Source: a virus. From it: 64,000 nucleotides of DNA. Location of the stretch: IMG/VR virus record IMGVR_UViG_3300050821_016964, positions 5,794 to 69,793 of that record; one strand, written 5' to 3'. A model generated the notes under the pieces. The model did no database searches, was not told the origin of the DNA, and saw only the letters and a program-made list of their open reading frames with translations. Of the stretch, positions 34,979 through 43,516 are shown piece after piece (position 1 is the stretch's first letter; each line of letters starts with the position of its first letter). Both the position numbers and the translations under genes were made by a program.

Positions 34979-36732
34979 GCCAGAGTCACCCCCCGCTTGT
35001 CGCCGCCCTGCTTGCGTGCCCATGCCTTCTCCGCTGCTTTAATACTTTTGTACGTCGCGTACGAACCCTCTTGACTCTTCTTGTGCGCGAGCTTGGGCTT
35101 GTGGTAGTATAAACCAGTGTACATACACAGATAGCCTAGATTATCACATTGGTGGCTGTCCTTCGCCAGCGGCTTGTCTGTCACCTCACCGGCAACGACC
35201 TTGAACGCGTACCGCTCCATGTTGCGCACCAGGTGCGGGCAGGAGCCGCGGAGAATCCGGATCTTGGTGGTCCCGTCAGGCCGCACCCGGAGCCAGTCCT
35301 TGATCCGCAGAATGCGGCCCGTGGGATCATCGTACCCGTAAGTCAGCATCGTGCCACAGGTAGGCGTGCGGATCTTGAGCGTCTTGAACGCGTTCCGGTA
35401 CTGGGTCTCGGGCAGCATGCCGGAGCCGAGCTCACGCAGGTTCCCCCCGTGCGAGTCGAACAGGTGGGCATACATCTCCAGGTCGCCGATGTGGTCCTTC
35501 AGGGCCTGGGCTAAGAGCGCCGCATCGCAGCCCCGGATGTACGCTTCGTCGTAGAAGTACACGTAGTCGCCGTAGAGTAGGGGGTCCACCCCTGGCGTGC
35601 CGTCGTACTTCATGGGCGGGACAGCACAGAAGAGGAGCGCGCCGACCTTGAACCCGGGATCGATCGAGCAGAAGTGGCACCAGGACATGGGGATCGCGAA
35701 CGGCTCGACACCATGGACGCCGCGGGGGAAGAAGTGGCTCTCGAAGACGCGGGTGCCCGAGATCGCGAAGTCGCCGTCGATCCGGAGCCGGCGATCGTCG
35801 TCGGTCAGGCTGCTCTCGAAGTCTCGCTTGGCCCGCTCGGGCATGTGGACGTTGTCCCAGATCGACAGGAAGAACTCCTGCACCAAGGGCGTGGACGTGT
35901 CCCCCGTCTCCGCCTGCTCCTCGGCGATCGCCCCCGCCCGCTGGTGGAGCTCGAAGAGCGCCTGCGTCCCGACGTGCGGGGTGGCGCCCCACCAGAAGAA
36001 ACCGTTGCGGTCAATCAGGCGCGCCATCGCCTCGGTAAACCATCCTTCGTTCACTACCTCCTCGTCAAAAATACATATGTCGACATCTACACCCGAGATT
36101 GCTTCGGGGTCCGCCTTGGACGAGTAAAAATTGCACTCCCACCCGTTCTTGAGGACCAGTTTGGTAGGAATCCCCGCCGCCTTCTTCTCCCACGAGATGT
36201 CCTTGATCAGCCGGGGGGGGATCAGGGGAGGCGCGGGCTTGCCCCGGCCCAGGTCCCCGGGTCGCCGGGCACGCCAGACCTTCGTGGCCGGGTCCCGGAT
36301 CATCTGGAACGAGCCGGCCCGGCCGAGCTTGCGCCAGATGACCTCGCCGATCTTGTTCATGTCCCGCGCAACGACGATGGCCCGGCCGTTCTCCCGCGGG
36401 TACTTGTCCGGGTTCGGGTGCATCCCCGTCATCGCCCAGCCGAGCTCGATCATCGAACTGGTCGTCTTGCCCGAGCGGTTCGAGCCGATCGCGACCCGCT
36501 GCCTGGCCATCGAGTTGTGGAACGCCCACTGAGCCGGCATCGGCTCGTAGATCCGCAAGGCCTCGCACTGGCGCCGCTCCAGCTCCAGGAGCATCGCCCG
36601 GACCCGGGCCACCTCCGTCGGCGCCAGCGTCCCCCCCTCGCCAGGGAGATGCAGCCCCGCGTTCTCCAGGACGACCGGATCGAATGCCCCGTGCCGGTGC
36701 CGCGGACCCCCGATATTCCGCCGCTCGGGCAT
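34975..36732 (-). CDS. terL: terminase large subunit
   Basis: Walker A GSNRSGKT, Walker B ICIFDEE, 'WGATP', nuclease 'SIDPG' and 'SHQCDNLGY'. Confidence 0.93.
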   Translation of the reverse strand: MPERRNIGGPRHRHGAFDPVVLENAGLHLPGEGGTLAPTEVARVRAMLLELERRQCEALRIYEPMPAQWAFHNSMARQRVAIGSNRSGKTTSSMIELGWAMTGMHPNPDKYPRENGRAIVVARDMNKIGEVIWRKLGRAGSFQMIRDPATKVWRARRPGDLGRGKPAPPLIPPRLIKDISWEKKAAGIPTKLVLKNGWECNFYSSKADPEAISGVDVDICIFDEEVVNEGWFTEAMARLIDRNGFFWWGATPHVGTQALFELHQRAGAIAEEQAETGDTSTPLVQEFFLSIWDNVHMPERAKRDFESSLTDDDRRLRIDGDFAISGTRVFESHFFPRGVHGVEPFAIPMSWCHFCSIDPGFKVGALLFCAVPPMKYDGTPGVDPLLYGDYVYFYDEAYIRGCDAALLAQALKDHIGDLEMYAHLFDSHGGNLRELGSGMLPETQYRNAFKTLKIRTPTCGTMLTYGYDDPTGRILRIKDWLRVRPDGTTKIRILRGSCPHLVRNMERYAFKVVAGEVTDKPLAKDSHQCDNLGYLCMYTGLYYHKPKLAHKKSQEGSYATYKSIKAAEKAWARKQGGDKRGVTLA

Positions 36733-36760
36733 GTCCCAGCACCCCTTCCCCAGCCCGAAC

Positions 36761-36779
36761 TTGCGCAGGGCCTGCGCAA
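36761..36779. repeat. parS-like palindrome copy 3 (TTGCGCAGGGCCTGCGCAA)
   Basis: Perfect palindrome between putative terS and terL. Confidence 0.85.
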
Positions 36780-36792
36780 ACCGAAACCGTAC

Positions 36793-37296
36793 TTAGTTGA
36801 ACGGTTCGTGAGGCTCGTCTTCAGGAATCTCCTGAAACTCTTCGGCCGCAGCAGCTTGCGCCTCCTGGGCTGCAAGGGCCTCGGCAGCCTTCCGTTCCCT
36901 GTAGGCACGCCTCCCCGCGGGGGTATGGGCAGGATAGGACGTGAGCACCCGGAGCTGGGGGATCGCCGAGGCGACAGCGCCCAGGAGCTCCTCCTCGGAC
37001 ATCTCCTCGACTGCGGTGGTCCGCACGTCGTCGGAGTGCCAGTTCACCAGGCGGCAGATCGAGTCCAAGATCCGCTGGCGGGAGATCGCCCCCGTCTTGG
37101 CATTACAGAGCTCGTTGACCATGATCTCCGCCAGGGCCGCCTGGCCGTCCTTCTGCTTCTCCCGGCCGAGGGCCTCGTAGATCTCGTTCAGAAGGCCCGA
37201 GCGGTCGAACGACGAGCCGGGGCGAGCCAGCGCCTTGACGACCTTCCGGTTCGTCAACGTGTTAACCAGCGATTCTTCCTTGCTAGGACGAGCCAT
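36793..37296 (-). CDS. putative terminase small subunit
   Basis: Immediately upstream of terL; 'MARPSK' start, 'VEEMSEEEL' motif. Confidence 0.55.
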   Translation of the reverse strand: MARPSKEESLVNTLTNRKVVKALARPGSSFDRSGLLNEIYEALGREKQKDGQAALAEIMVNELCNAKTGAISRQRILDSICRLVNWHSDDVRTTAVEEMSEEELLGAVASAIPQLRVLTSYPAHTPAGRRAYRERKAAEALAAQEAQAAAAEEFQEIPEDEPHEPFN

Positions 37297-37319
37297 GGCG
37301 CCCAGTCTACCAGAGGCGC

Positions 37320-37362
37320 AAAAACACGGCCAGCCTCCCCCGCGCGACTGGGAAAGGCTGGC
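37320..37362 (-). terminator. intrinsic terminator closing CRISPR-derived unit B
   Basis: GCCAGCC...GGCTGGC stem followed by GTGTTTTT on minus strand. Confidence 0.65.
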
Positions 37363-37387
37363 TGTGCGAACTGCGTCCCTTGGAGAA

Positions 37388-37424
37388 GTTTCAATCCGCC
37401 CCCGACGGTGAGGCCGGGGGAGAG
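37388..37424 (-). CRISPR. solitary CRISPR repeat (unit B)
   Basis: CTCTCCCCCGGCCTCACCGTCGGGGGCGGATTGAAAC, 37 nt, internal hairpin; last 16 nt identical to the unit A repeat. Confidence 0.8.
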
Positions 37425-37427
37425 CAC

Positions 37428-37456
37428 ACTATGCCCGAGCCTCAGGGCATCGTCAA
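37428..37456 (-). promoter_or_regulatory. promoter of unit B, TTGACG-N17-CATAGT, containing inverted repeat ATGCCC-N8-GGGCAT
   Basis: 17-nt spacing, abuts the repeat as in unit A. Confidence 0.6.
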
Positions 37457-37957
37457 GGTCGGCTCGCCCCGGATCTCCCAGCAGTGCGTGTACGTGAAGT
37501 TGCCACTCGACCGCTTCACGGCGTTCATCAACTTCACCGCCGTTCCCGTCGTCCAGTCACACAGAGGCTCCCAGCCAGCGTTGACATCGAAGATCCAGTG
37601 ATTCCCCCCCTCGTACCGCGAGGCGATCCAGTGCGTGTACCGGTACCGGGCCCGGAACGGCACCTCCGGCGCCATCCAGGGACCGCCCCACTGCACCCGG
37701 ACCACCCCGCGGTAGGGCAACTGGCTCGCCACCGTGCGGTGGTGCCGCAGCCCCAGCTTCGTGATCGCCTCGGCCATCATCGAGGGGTTCATGTACCCCC
37801 GCTGCTCGAAGTCCCCCAGGCGCGGCCGCACCTCCTCCAGCGAGCACCCGACCGCCGCAGCCAGAGCCGCGGGGCCGCAGTTACACCCCCACTCCTCGTA
37901 CGCCGCATCCAATTCGTCCGAGCTGAATCCACACCCCGGTCGCGTCGCGGTTCTCAT
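37442..37957 (-). CDS. C39-peptidase-like hypothetical protein
   Basis: 'CNCGPAALAAA...THWIA...IFDVN' Cys-His-Asp pattern. Confidence 0.55.
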   Translation of the reverse strand: MRTATRPGCGFSSDELDAAYEEWGCNCGPAALAAAVGCSLEEVRPRLGDFEQRGYMNPSMMAEAITKLGLRHHRTVASQLPYRGVVRVQWGGPWMAPEVPFRARYRYTHWIASRYEGGNHWIFDVNAGWEPLCDWTTGTAVKLMNAVKRSSGNFTYTHCWEIRGEPTLTMP

Positions 37958-37969
37958 CGCCTCATCCTT

Positions 37970-38218
37970 TCAGAATGGTCTCTCCCACGGCTTCGGCTTG
38001 ATCGGCAGCCTCGCCTCCGGTACCCCGTCTACGGTCCATCCCTTACTGGGCGAGTCGGGCGATAACCCTTTCGGAAGCCCCAGGAAGTCGAAGTACATAC
38101 CACAGTCGGCACACTTGATCGTGATGTCCGCGCTATACGACTCGACGCGCCCTTCGTCATCCGTGAGACGGTTCACGTTCGTCATTGCCTCGAATGATTC
38201 GTGCTTACACTCGGCCAT
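37970..38218 (-). CDS. small Zn-finger-like phage protein
   Basis: MAECKHE...ITIKCADCG; AGGAG RBS. Confidence 0.6.
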   Translation of the reverse strand: MAECKHESFEAMTNVNRLTDDEGRVESYSADITIKCADCGMYFDFLGLPKGLSPDSPSKGWTVDGVPEARLPIKPKPWERPF

Positions 38219-38502
38219 CGATGTCTCCTGTCCCAATCCTCGCGCAACCGCTCCGTGCCACACTCGTGGCGCGACAGCGTGTAGTCGCCCGTCAGGATGT
38301 CCTTGTGCAGCCGGTACGCCCCGTAATTCGTCCCCGGCAGCTTCTCCAGGAAGCGGTCCTCGGGAGACCTGCCGTCGATCATGGCGCCGATCACCGAATG
38401 CGGAAACGCCTCATTGAACTCCCAGCGCGTGATCCTCAGGCACTCGCCCGGCTTCATGGACCAGGCTACCTCAAGCAGATACCACTCCATGGAAACACTC
38501 AC
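38182..38502 (-). CDS. hypothetical protein
   Basis: ORF track. Confidence 0.45.
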   Translation of the reverse strand: MSVSMEWYLLEVAWSMKPGECLRITRWEFNEAFPHSVIGAMIDGRSPEDRFLEKLPGTNYGAYRLHKDILTGDYTLSRHECGTERLREDWDRRHRWPSVSTNHSRQ

Positions 38503-38518
38503 GAGCGTCGCCCTTTCG

Positions 38519-38950
38519 TCAAGGATTGCCCAACTGTTCTATCAGAATCTTCTCGATCGCATCTTGGAACTTGTCGAGCGCCTCGATGGCCAGGAAGGAA
38601 TCCTCATTGTCAAGTCTGTACTCGATCAGCGTCTCCCGATAGGCGTTCCGGATCAGCCCCTGGACCGTGTTCAACGCCTGAAGCGTCTCCAGACGCAGTG
38701 TCGCCTTGGGCCGCTCCACCGGGGGCGCCACGCTGACATGAACCTCATGCGATTCCCGGGATGGCTTAGTCTCCTTTAACCGGACACGGATCGCATCACA
38801 GAAACGTTGATCAAGACCATCGCAAGATCTGAGTACCCAGTGGAGATAGTCTTTGGGAATCTCCCCGAGATACCTCCCTTTGTACTTCCCGAATGGCATG
38901 ATAGCTGACCTCATGCGAATCTTATTCATATTCTGATTTCGCAGTCCCAT
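38519..38950 (-). CDS. DUF3820 / exonuclease X C-terminal-like domain protein
   Basis: 'MPFGKYKGRYLGEIPKDYLHWVL'. Confidence 0.7.
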   Translation of the reverse strand: MGLRNQNMNKIRMRSAIMPFGKYKGRYLGEIPKDYLHWVLRSCDGLDQRFCDAIRVRLKETKPSRESHEVHVSVAPPVERPKATLRLETLQALNTVQGLIRNAYRETLIEYRLDNEDSFLAIEALDKFQDAIEKILIEQLGNP

Positions 38951-39529
38951 AACCCTTCTCCTGGACCCAGTCCGCATCCGGGCAAGTAGGCCGGTTCACG
39001 GCCGTTCTCGTCGGTGGGGGCCATTCCCCACGAGGTACAAGGCTTGCTATCGCTCAGTCTGGTACCGGCAGCCGCCGGTAGGCTTCCTGCGATCTCCGAC
39101 TAGGGGTGCTACATGACCCCCTTGCCCTCCGGGATGCAGCGGTCGGCAGAGCCCGGAATTTTTTGATTGAGTCGGTCGATCCAGAACGTTGTTCCCACGG
39201 GTTCCTGGAAAACCCGCTCCGTTTGCAACTAGGGAAAGCCAGTGGGCCATATGGGCACAGCCAGTGTGACGGCAGAGTGCGCAGGGAGACTGACCGGGGG
39301 TAACCCGTGGCGTTGCCCCGGACCACGGTCCGGATAGGCGCCCTTTCATTGACCCGGTGTTTTCGCGCAGATTCCCCGCCGCCACGTCGCGACAGCAAGC
39401 AGCAAAATTGCGAGGTTCGCCTTGGCCAGATGATGTCTTTGGTGTAGGCTTCAAGGCGAAGGGTGCCCCGCGTACAACGGGAACCAAGTGGATGCCTCGG
39501 GGTTTACGGGCCCCGGGGCATCTGCGTTT

Positions 39530-40692
39530 TTACCCTGTCTTCCCTTCGGCTGCAAGTCGTCTTCCGAATTCGTCCATGTCTTCCCGGCCACCGTGAATCG
39601 AAACGTAGTCCGGACGCGAGTTCCAATCCTCGACCGCACAATTCTCGAAGCGGATCTCAGCCACAAGCAAATCGCCCCATTCGGAATCGAATACCGCGAC
39701 GTGAACGTTGCCCCGCTCCGCCTGGATCGCCTGGAGTTTCTCGATCATCTCGCTTATCCGCACGGTGCCTCCCTCACTTCGTAGTTCCCGCGGAGCTGAA
39801 GGTCGCGCTTCAGACCCGCGATCTCCTTGCCTATCTCTAAATCCTTCGCCAGAACCCCACGGTTAACAGGATGGTCCTCAGGCGCTAGCCAGAGCCACTC
39901 CAGGCCCAGCTTGAGCCGGTCCTGCTCACGCCGCTCGATCAGTTCAGAAAGCATCATCGGGTTTCCTCGCTGCCTTGAGTTCCTTCCTGTATCGCCTCGA
40001 CGGCACGATGCTACGGCGACAACCTGGGCAGCGCGTGACGTAACCAGCGGCCCGACCGTGGAATTTCCGTAGGGTGACCTTCCAGCCCTTGAGCGTGTCG
40101 TCATCCTCCGGATGCTTGCCGCAGAAGTAGCACGTCACATCGGCCTGCATCAATCCTCCGACGGGGGCTTGGCCGAGTTGACGGGATCGTTCGCGGCACC
40201 CTCCCGGAAGCGGGCGCGGGTGTCCTGGGCCCACTGGGGCTCCGGCTCCGGCGGCGGGGGGATCTCCTCGGGGTCCAGGATATCCCGGATCGCCACCACC
40301 TCGTAGATTACCGAATCGCAGAGCGGGCAGAACCGCACCGTCATCCGCTCGCTCATCACCTCGGCCCGGGTCGCTAAGGCCTCGACGCCGGCCCGCAGAG
40401 CGTCCAGGTGCTTCTCGCAGCACGCCGGGGCCCGGATCACCCGGCAGAGCACGGCAGCCCCGAGGCGGGTCGCCTGCTCCCGCGTGACGAACCATTTCCG
40501 GGCCTCGTTGTCCCACCGGCCGCCGACTGCGGAGATCCTGGCGCGGAACGGGTACGTGTCCCGCCCGGCCAGGAAGTAATCCCCCTGCCCCGTCGGCCAC
40601 GCTTCCAGTGTCCCCCGGGCCGCGCTCGACCGGGAGCAAGATTCTTGCCGCAGCCGGAACGGCGCCTCGGGTGCGCTTCTTGGTTTCCTCAT
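39530..40692 (-). CDS. cluster of four small coupled ORFs (39530-39763, 39754-39957, 39944-40150, 40150-40692), two Cys-rich
   Basis: Overlapping start/stop codons with RBSs; CxxC motifs. Confidence 0.5.
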
Positions 40693-40733
40693 CTCGGTTC
40701 CCCCGCAAATGTTCCGCACTGCCAGACACGGGG

Positions 40734-40822
40734 ATTATAGACCGGTTCGCAGCCCACGTCCAGAGGAAAGTGGTAGGAAATGGTACGCGACACTTGACGC
40801 CTATCGTAGGCTGTGGTAGGCT
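40734..40822. promoter_or_regulatory. divergent promoter pair at the strand switch
   Basis: Minus: TGGACG-N17-TATAAT (40762-40734); plus: TTGACG-N17-TAGGCT (40794-40822) with palindrome GCCTA-TCG-TAGGC. Confidence 0.7.
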
Positions 40823-40847
40823 CCGGTCGACACCTCGGAGGAGCACG

Positions 40848-41036
40848 ATGCCGCAGACGCAGATCGAAGCTGAACTGGTCCACGCCCTGGAGGAAGCCTC
40901 GTTCGTCACGCTCCTCCTGGCGTATGCATGCGGCACCGACAACGAGGCGGACAACAAGGCACGGGAGTCGTTCGTCCGCATGACGCTGGCCTGGGACAAG
41001 CTGATCAAGAAGGCAAGAGAGGGGAGTGAGAAGTGA
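40848..41036 (+). CDS. hypothetical protein
   Basis: GGAGGAG RBS, MPQTQIEAEL. Confidence 0.6.
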   Translation: MPQTQIEAELVHALEEASFVTLLLAYACGTDNEADNKARESFVRMTLAWDKLIKKAREGSEK

Positions 41037-42283
41037 GCACAAAACACGCCGAGATCTTCGCCGCTTTAGCGGCTCCGTTTCATCCCAGTGACGTCAAGCA
41101 GCGGGACGGCCAGGGGCGGAACAAGCTGAGTTATATCACGGCCAGGACCGTCATGAATCGCCTTGACGAAGTGCTCGGACCGGAGGGGTGGCACTTCGAG
41201 CTTCAGCCGTGGGGAGACTCGCTGATCGGCACCCTGATCCTCTTTCTCCCGGATGGAACCGTCGTCAGAAAGAGCGACGCCGGCGGCCGGGCCGGGATGA
41301 AGACGGCCGACGACGATACCAAGTCCGCGGCATCGGACTGCCTGAAGCGCTGCGCCGTGCTTGTAGGGATCGGCAGGAGCCTCTACGGTGATGGCCAGGT
41401 CAGTTTCGGCGCCGGGAACGGCCAGCAGCAGCCCCAGCCGGCAATGCGGCCCGCTGACACGCGCTCGGCCACGGAGCGGCTGATCGACTGGTGCGCCAAG
41501 GAGGGGCACTCGGGGCGGCTTCAGGCGATCGCCAGAAGCGTCTACAACTGCCAGGCCCCGGAGCTGAACGCGGTTCAGGCCAAGGCGATCTACAAGCTGA
41601 TCAAGGACTCCGGCGCCGTGGGCAGCGTTCCACAACCCGGGCCGCGCTTCCCGATCGAGCAGCGAATCGAGGAGGATACCCGGCATTCCCAGGATATGGC
41701 AGCGGCGAGAGCGTCGCGCCAGCCCGATCCCGTGGATCAGGTAGTCGAGAACATCAAGGGCGCCCAGGAGCCGGGGAAGAACGCCAACGGCAACCCGGTG
41801 AAGTTTGGCTGGCCGCACTCGGGAGTGTCGCTGTTCGCGTGGATGAAGAACATCAGTAAGGCGTTCGGCAAGGACGTGATCGGCATCGTGAAGGACCGCT
41901 TTCCCGAGCAGATGGCGACCGATGGAACCTTTCGATCGTGGCCGCCGGCCATCGTGGAAGAGGCTGCCGTCGACATCGCGAAGTTCGTGTCGGGCTGGCC
42001 CGGCTACTCGGGCGAGTTCGACAAGCGCTTGCCCGTCAGCCTACATGACCTGCGGGACAAGCTCTGGACCGCAGCGGGCGAACTGGCCGATGCCCTGGGC
42101 CAGCAGCCGACGACGGAGGCGATCGAGAACCTGATCCAGCAGACCAGCCAGTCGCTGGCCGGCCGCTTCGGCGGCGAGGTCATCGACGTACTCGAGGCAT
42201 GCGAGAACAAAGAGATGCTCGAAGCGATCCTGGAGGTCGTCGAGAGTGATGTCAAGGATTCCAAGGCCCTTACTGCGGAGTAA
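41033..42283 (+). CDS. Rad52/Sak-family single-strand annealing protein
   Basis: 'LAAPF..SDVKQR...LSYITARTVMNRLDEVLGPEGW...KSAASDCLKRCAVLVGIGRSLY'. Confidence 0.85.
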   Translation: MSTKHAEIFAALAAPFHPSDVKQRDGQGRNKLSYITARTVMNRLDEVLGPEGWHFELQPWGDSLIGTLILFLPDGTVVRKSDAGGRAGMKTADDDTKSAASDCLKRCAVLVGIGRSLYGDGQVSFGAGNGQQQPQPAMRPADTRSATERLIDWCAKEGHSGRLQAIARSVYNCQAPELNAVQAKAIYKLIKDSGAVGSVPQPGPRFPIEQRIEEDTRHSQDMAAARASRQPDPVDQVVENIKGAQEPGKNANGNPVKFGWPHSGVSLFAWMKNISKAFGKDVIGIVKDRFPEQMATDGTFRSWPPAIVEEAAVDIAKFVSGWPGYSGEFDKRLPVSLHDLRDKLWTAAGELADALGQQPTTEAIENLIQQTSQSLAGRFGGEVIDVLEACENKEMLEAILEVVESDVKDSKALTAE

Positions 42284-42285
42284 AT

Positions 42286-42825
42286 ATGGCAAACGTTCTC
42301 GTGCTTCGTACCTGCAAGGCAGATCTGACGAGTCATGAAGGGTTTCAGTGGCCAGATAGCGGCCCTGTATCGGCGCCTGATTGGGACTCGATACCGGAAT
42401 GTGGCCGCGGCCTCCATGGTCTGCTGTGGGGTGAGGGTGACGGTTCGCTGCTGAACTGGGAGGAAGATGCGAAATGGCTCGTGGTCGAAGTGTCTGAGGA
42501 AACGATCGTCGAAATTGGGCTCAAGGTGAAATTCCCAGCTGGCGTCGTCGTGCATTGCGGTGATCGAGTTTCCGCAACCAAGCATCTGGCCGAGAACGGA
42601 GGCCAAGGCCGGGCGATCGTGGACGGCACGGCCACGGCGGGGGACAGCGGCACGGCCACGGCGGGGGAGGACGGCGTGATCGTGATTTCCTACTGGGATG
42701 CGACGAAGCGGCGCTATCGCTTGGCGGTTGGTAATATTGGGGAGAACGGTATCAAGCCGAATACGATGTATTGGGTTGTCGATGGTGTGCTCCGCGAGAA
42801 AATTCTATCCCCTCAGGAGGCATGA
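42286..42825 (+). CDS. conserved phage protein (DUF7666-like) with GTATAGDS repeats
   Basis: 'VLVLRTC..DLTSH.GFQWP..GPV.APDW...ECG.GLHG.LWGEG'; 24-bp tandem repeat near 42624-42668. Confidence 0.7.
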   Translation: MANVLVLRTCKADLTSHEGFQWPDSGPVSAPDWDSIPECGRGLHGLLWGEGDGSLLNWEEDAKWLVVEVSEETIVEIGLKVKFPAGVVVHCGDRVSATKHLAENGGQGRAIVDGTATAGDSGTATAGEDGVIVISYWDATKRRYRLAVGNIGENGIKPNTMYWVVDGVLREKILSPQEA

Positions 42826-43388
42826 TGTCCATTCGAGGTTTGACCCCATCAGTTGTGCTTATCAACCCGAAGTTTCCTCATAACTTGGCTGCGACTCTGC
42901 GCGCCGCCTCTTGCTGGGGGGCCCGCCAGGTCTGGTACACGGGAACCCGATTGCAGCGAAAGATGGATTCTCTCAGTCGAATTCCACGCGAGGAACGCAT
43001 GCGGGGCTATCGTCACGTCGAGGTGGTACCCGATCAGCGGCCTTTCGACCATTTTCGTAATGCTGTGCCTGTCGCGGTTGAGGTCCGCGAGAACTCCGAG
43101 TGCCTGACGTTTTTTGAGCACCCCGAGGACGCCATTTACGTGTTCGGACCAGAAGATGGGTCGATCCCGAAACCGATCTTACACTGCTGCCATCGGTTCG
43201 TGTTTATACCAACTCACCACTGCCTGAATCTTAGCCAATCCGTGAACTTGGTGCTTGGGCACCGACGGCTCTACGCGCAGTGGACCGGGAGGGAACAAGT
43301 CCCTCTTCTTGGAGATGTACTTCGCGAGGAGCGAGGACTTCCTCGAACTCCTTCGGTGATTGATGTTGTTGGCTGGGATGGAATGTAA
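42822..43388 (+). CDS. SpoU/TrmH-family (SPOUT) RNA methyltransferase
   Basis: 'VVLINPKFPHNL...RAASCWG', 'YVFGPEDGSI', 'CLNLSQSVNLVL'. Confidence 0.85.
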   Translation: MMSIRGLTPSVVLINPKFPHNLAATLRAASCWGARQVWYTGTRLQRKMDSLSRIPREERMRGYRHVEVVPDQRPFDHFRNAVPVAVEVRENSECLTFFEHPEDAIYVFGPEDGSIPKPILHCCHRFVFIPTHHCLNLSQSVNLVLGHRRLYAQWTGREQVPLLGDVLREERGLPRTPSVIDVVGWDGM

Positions 43389-43516
43389 GGAGATCCAATG
43401 TCCCCCATTTCGCCGATTGTCGACATGTTGACTGAGATCCACTACATCCTCTGCTGTGAGATCGGGATCACCGGGATCATGCTGGGAATCCTGGTGGGAA
43501 GCTGCTGGAGGCCAAA

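Noticed and set aside
37356-37387. Unit B guide translated as GWLCELRPLE resembles GWHFELQPWG in the annealase; VPWR also occurs in MCP
   Set aside because: Only about 19/32 nucleotide identity with non-synonymous differences; not a credible self-target.
35674-37497. Long antisense ORFs (this one, 17260..18990, 30030..31439, 48354..49655)
   Set aside because: Typical high-GC shadow frames opposite genes with clear motifs.
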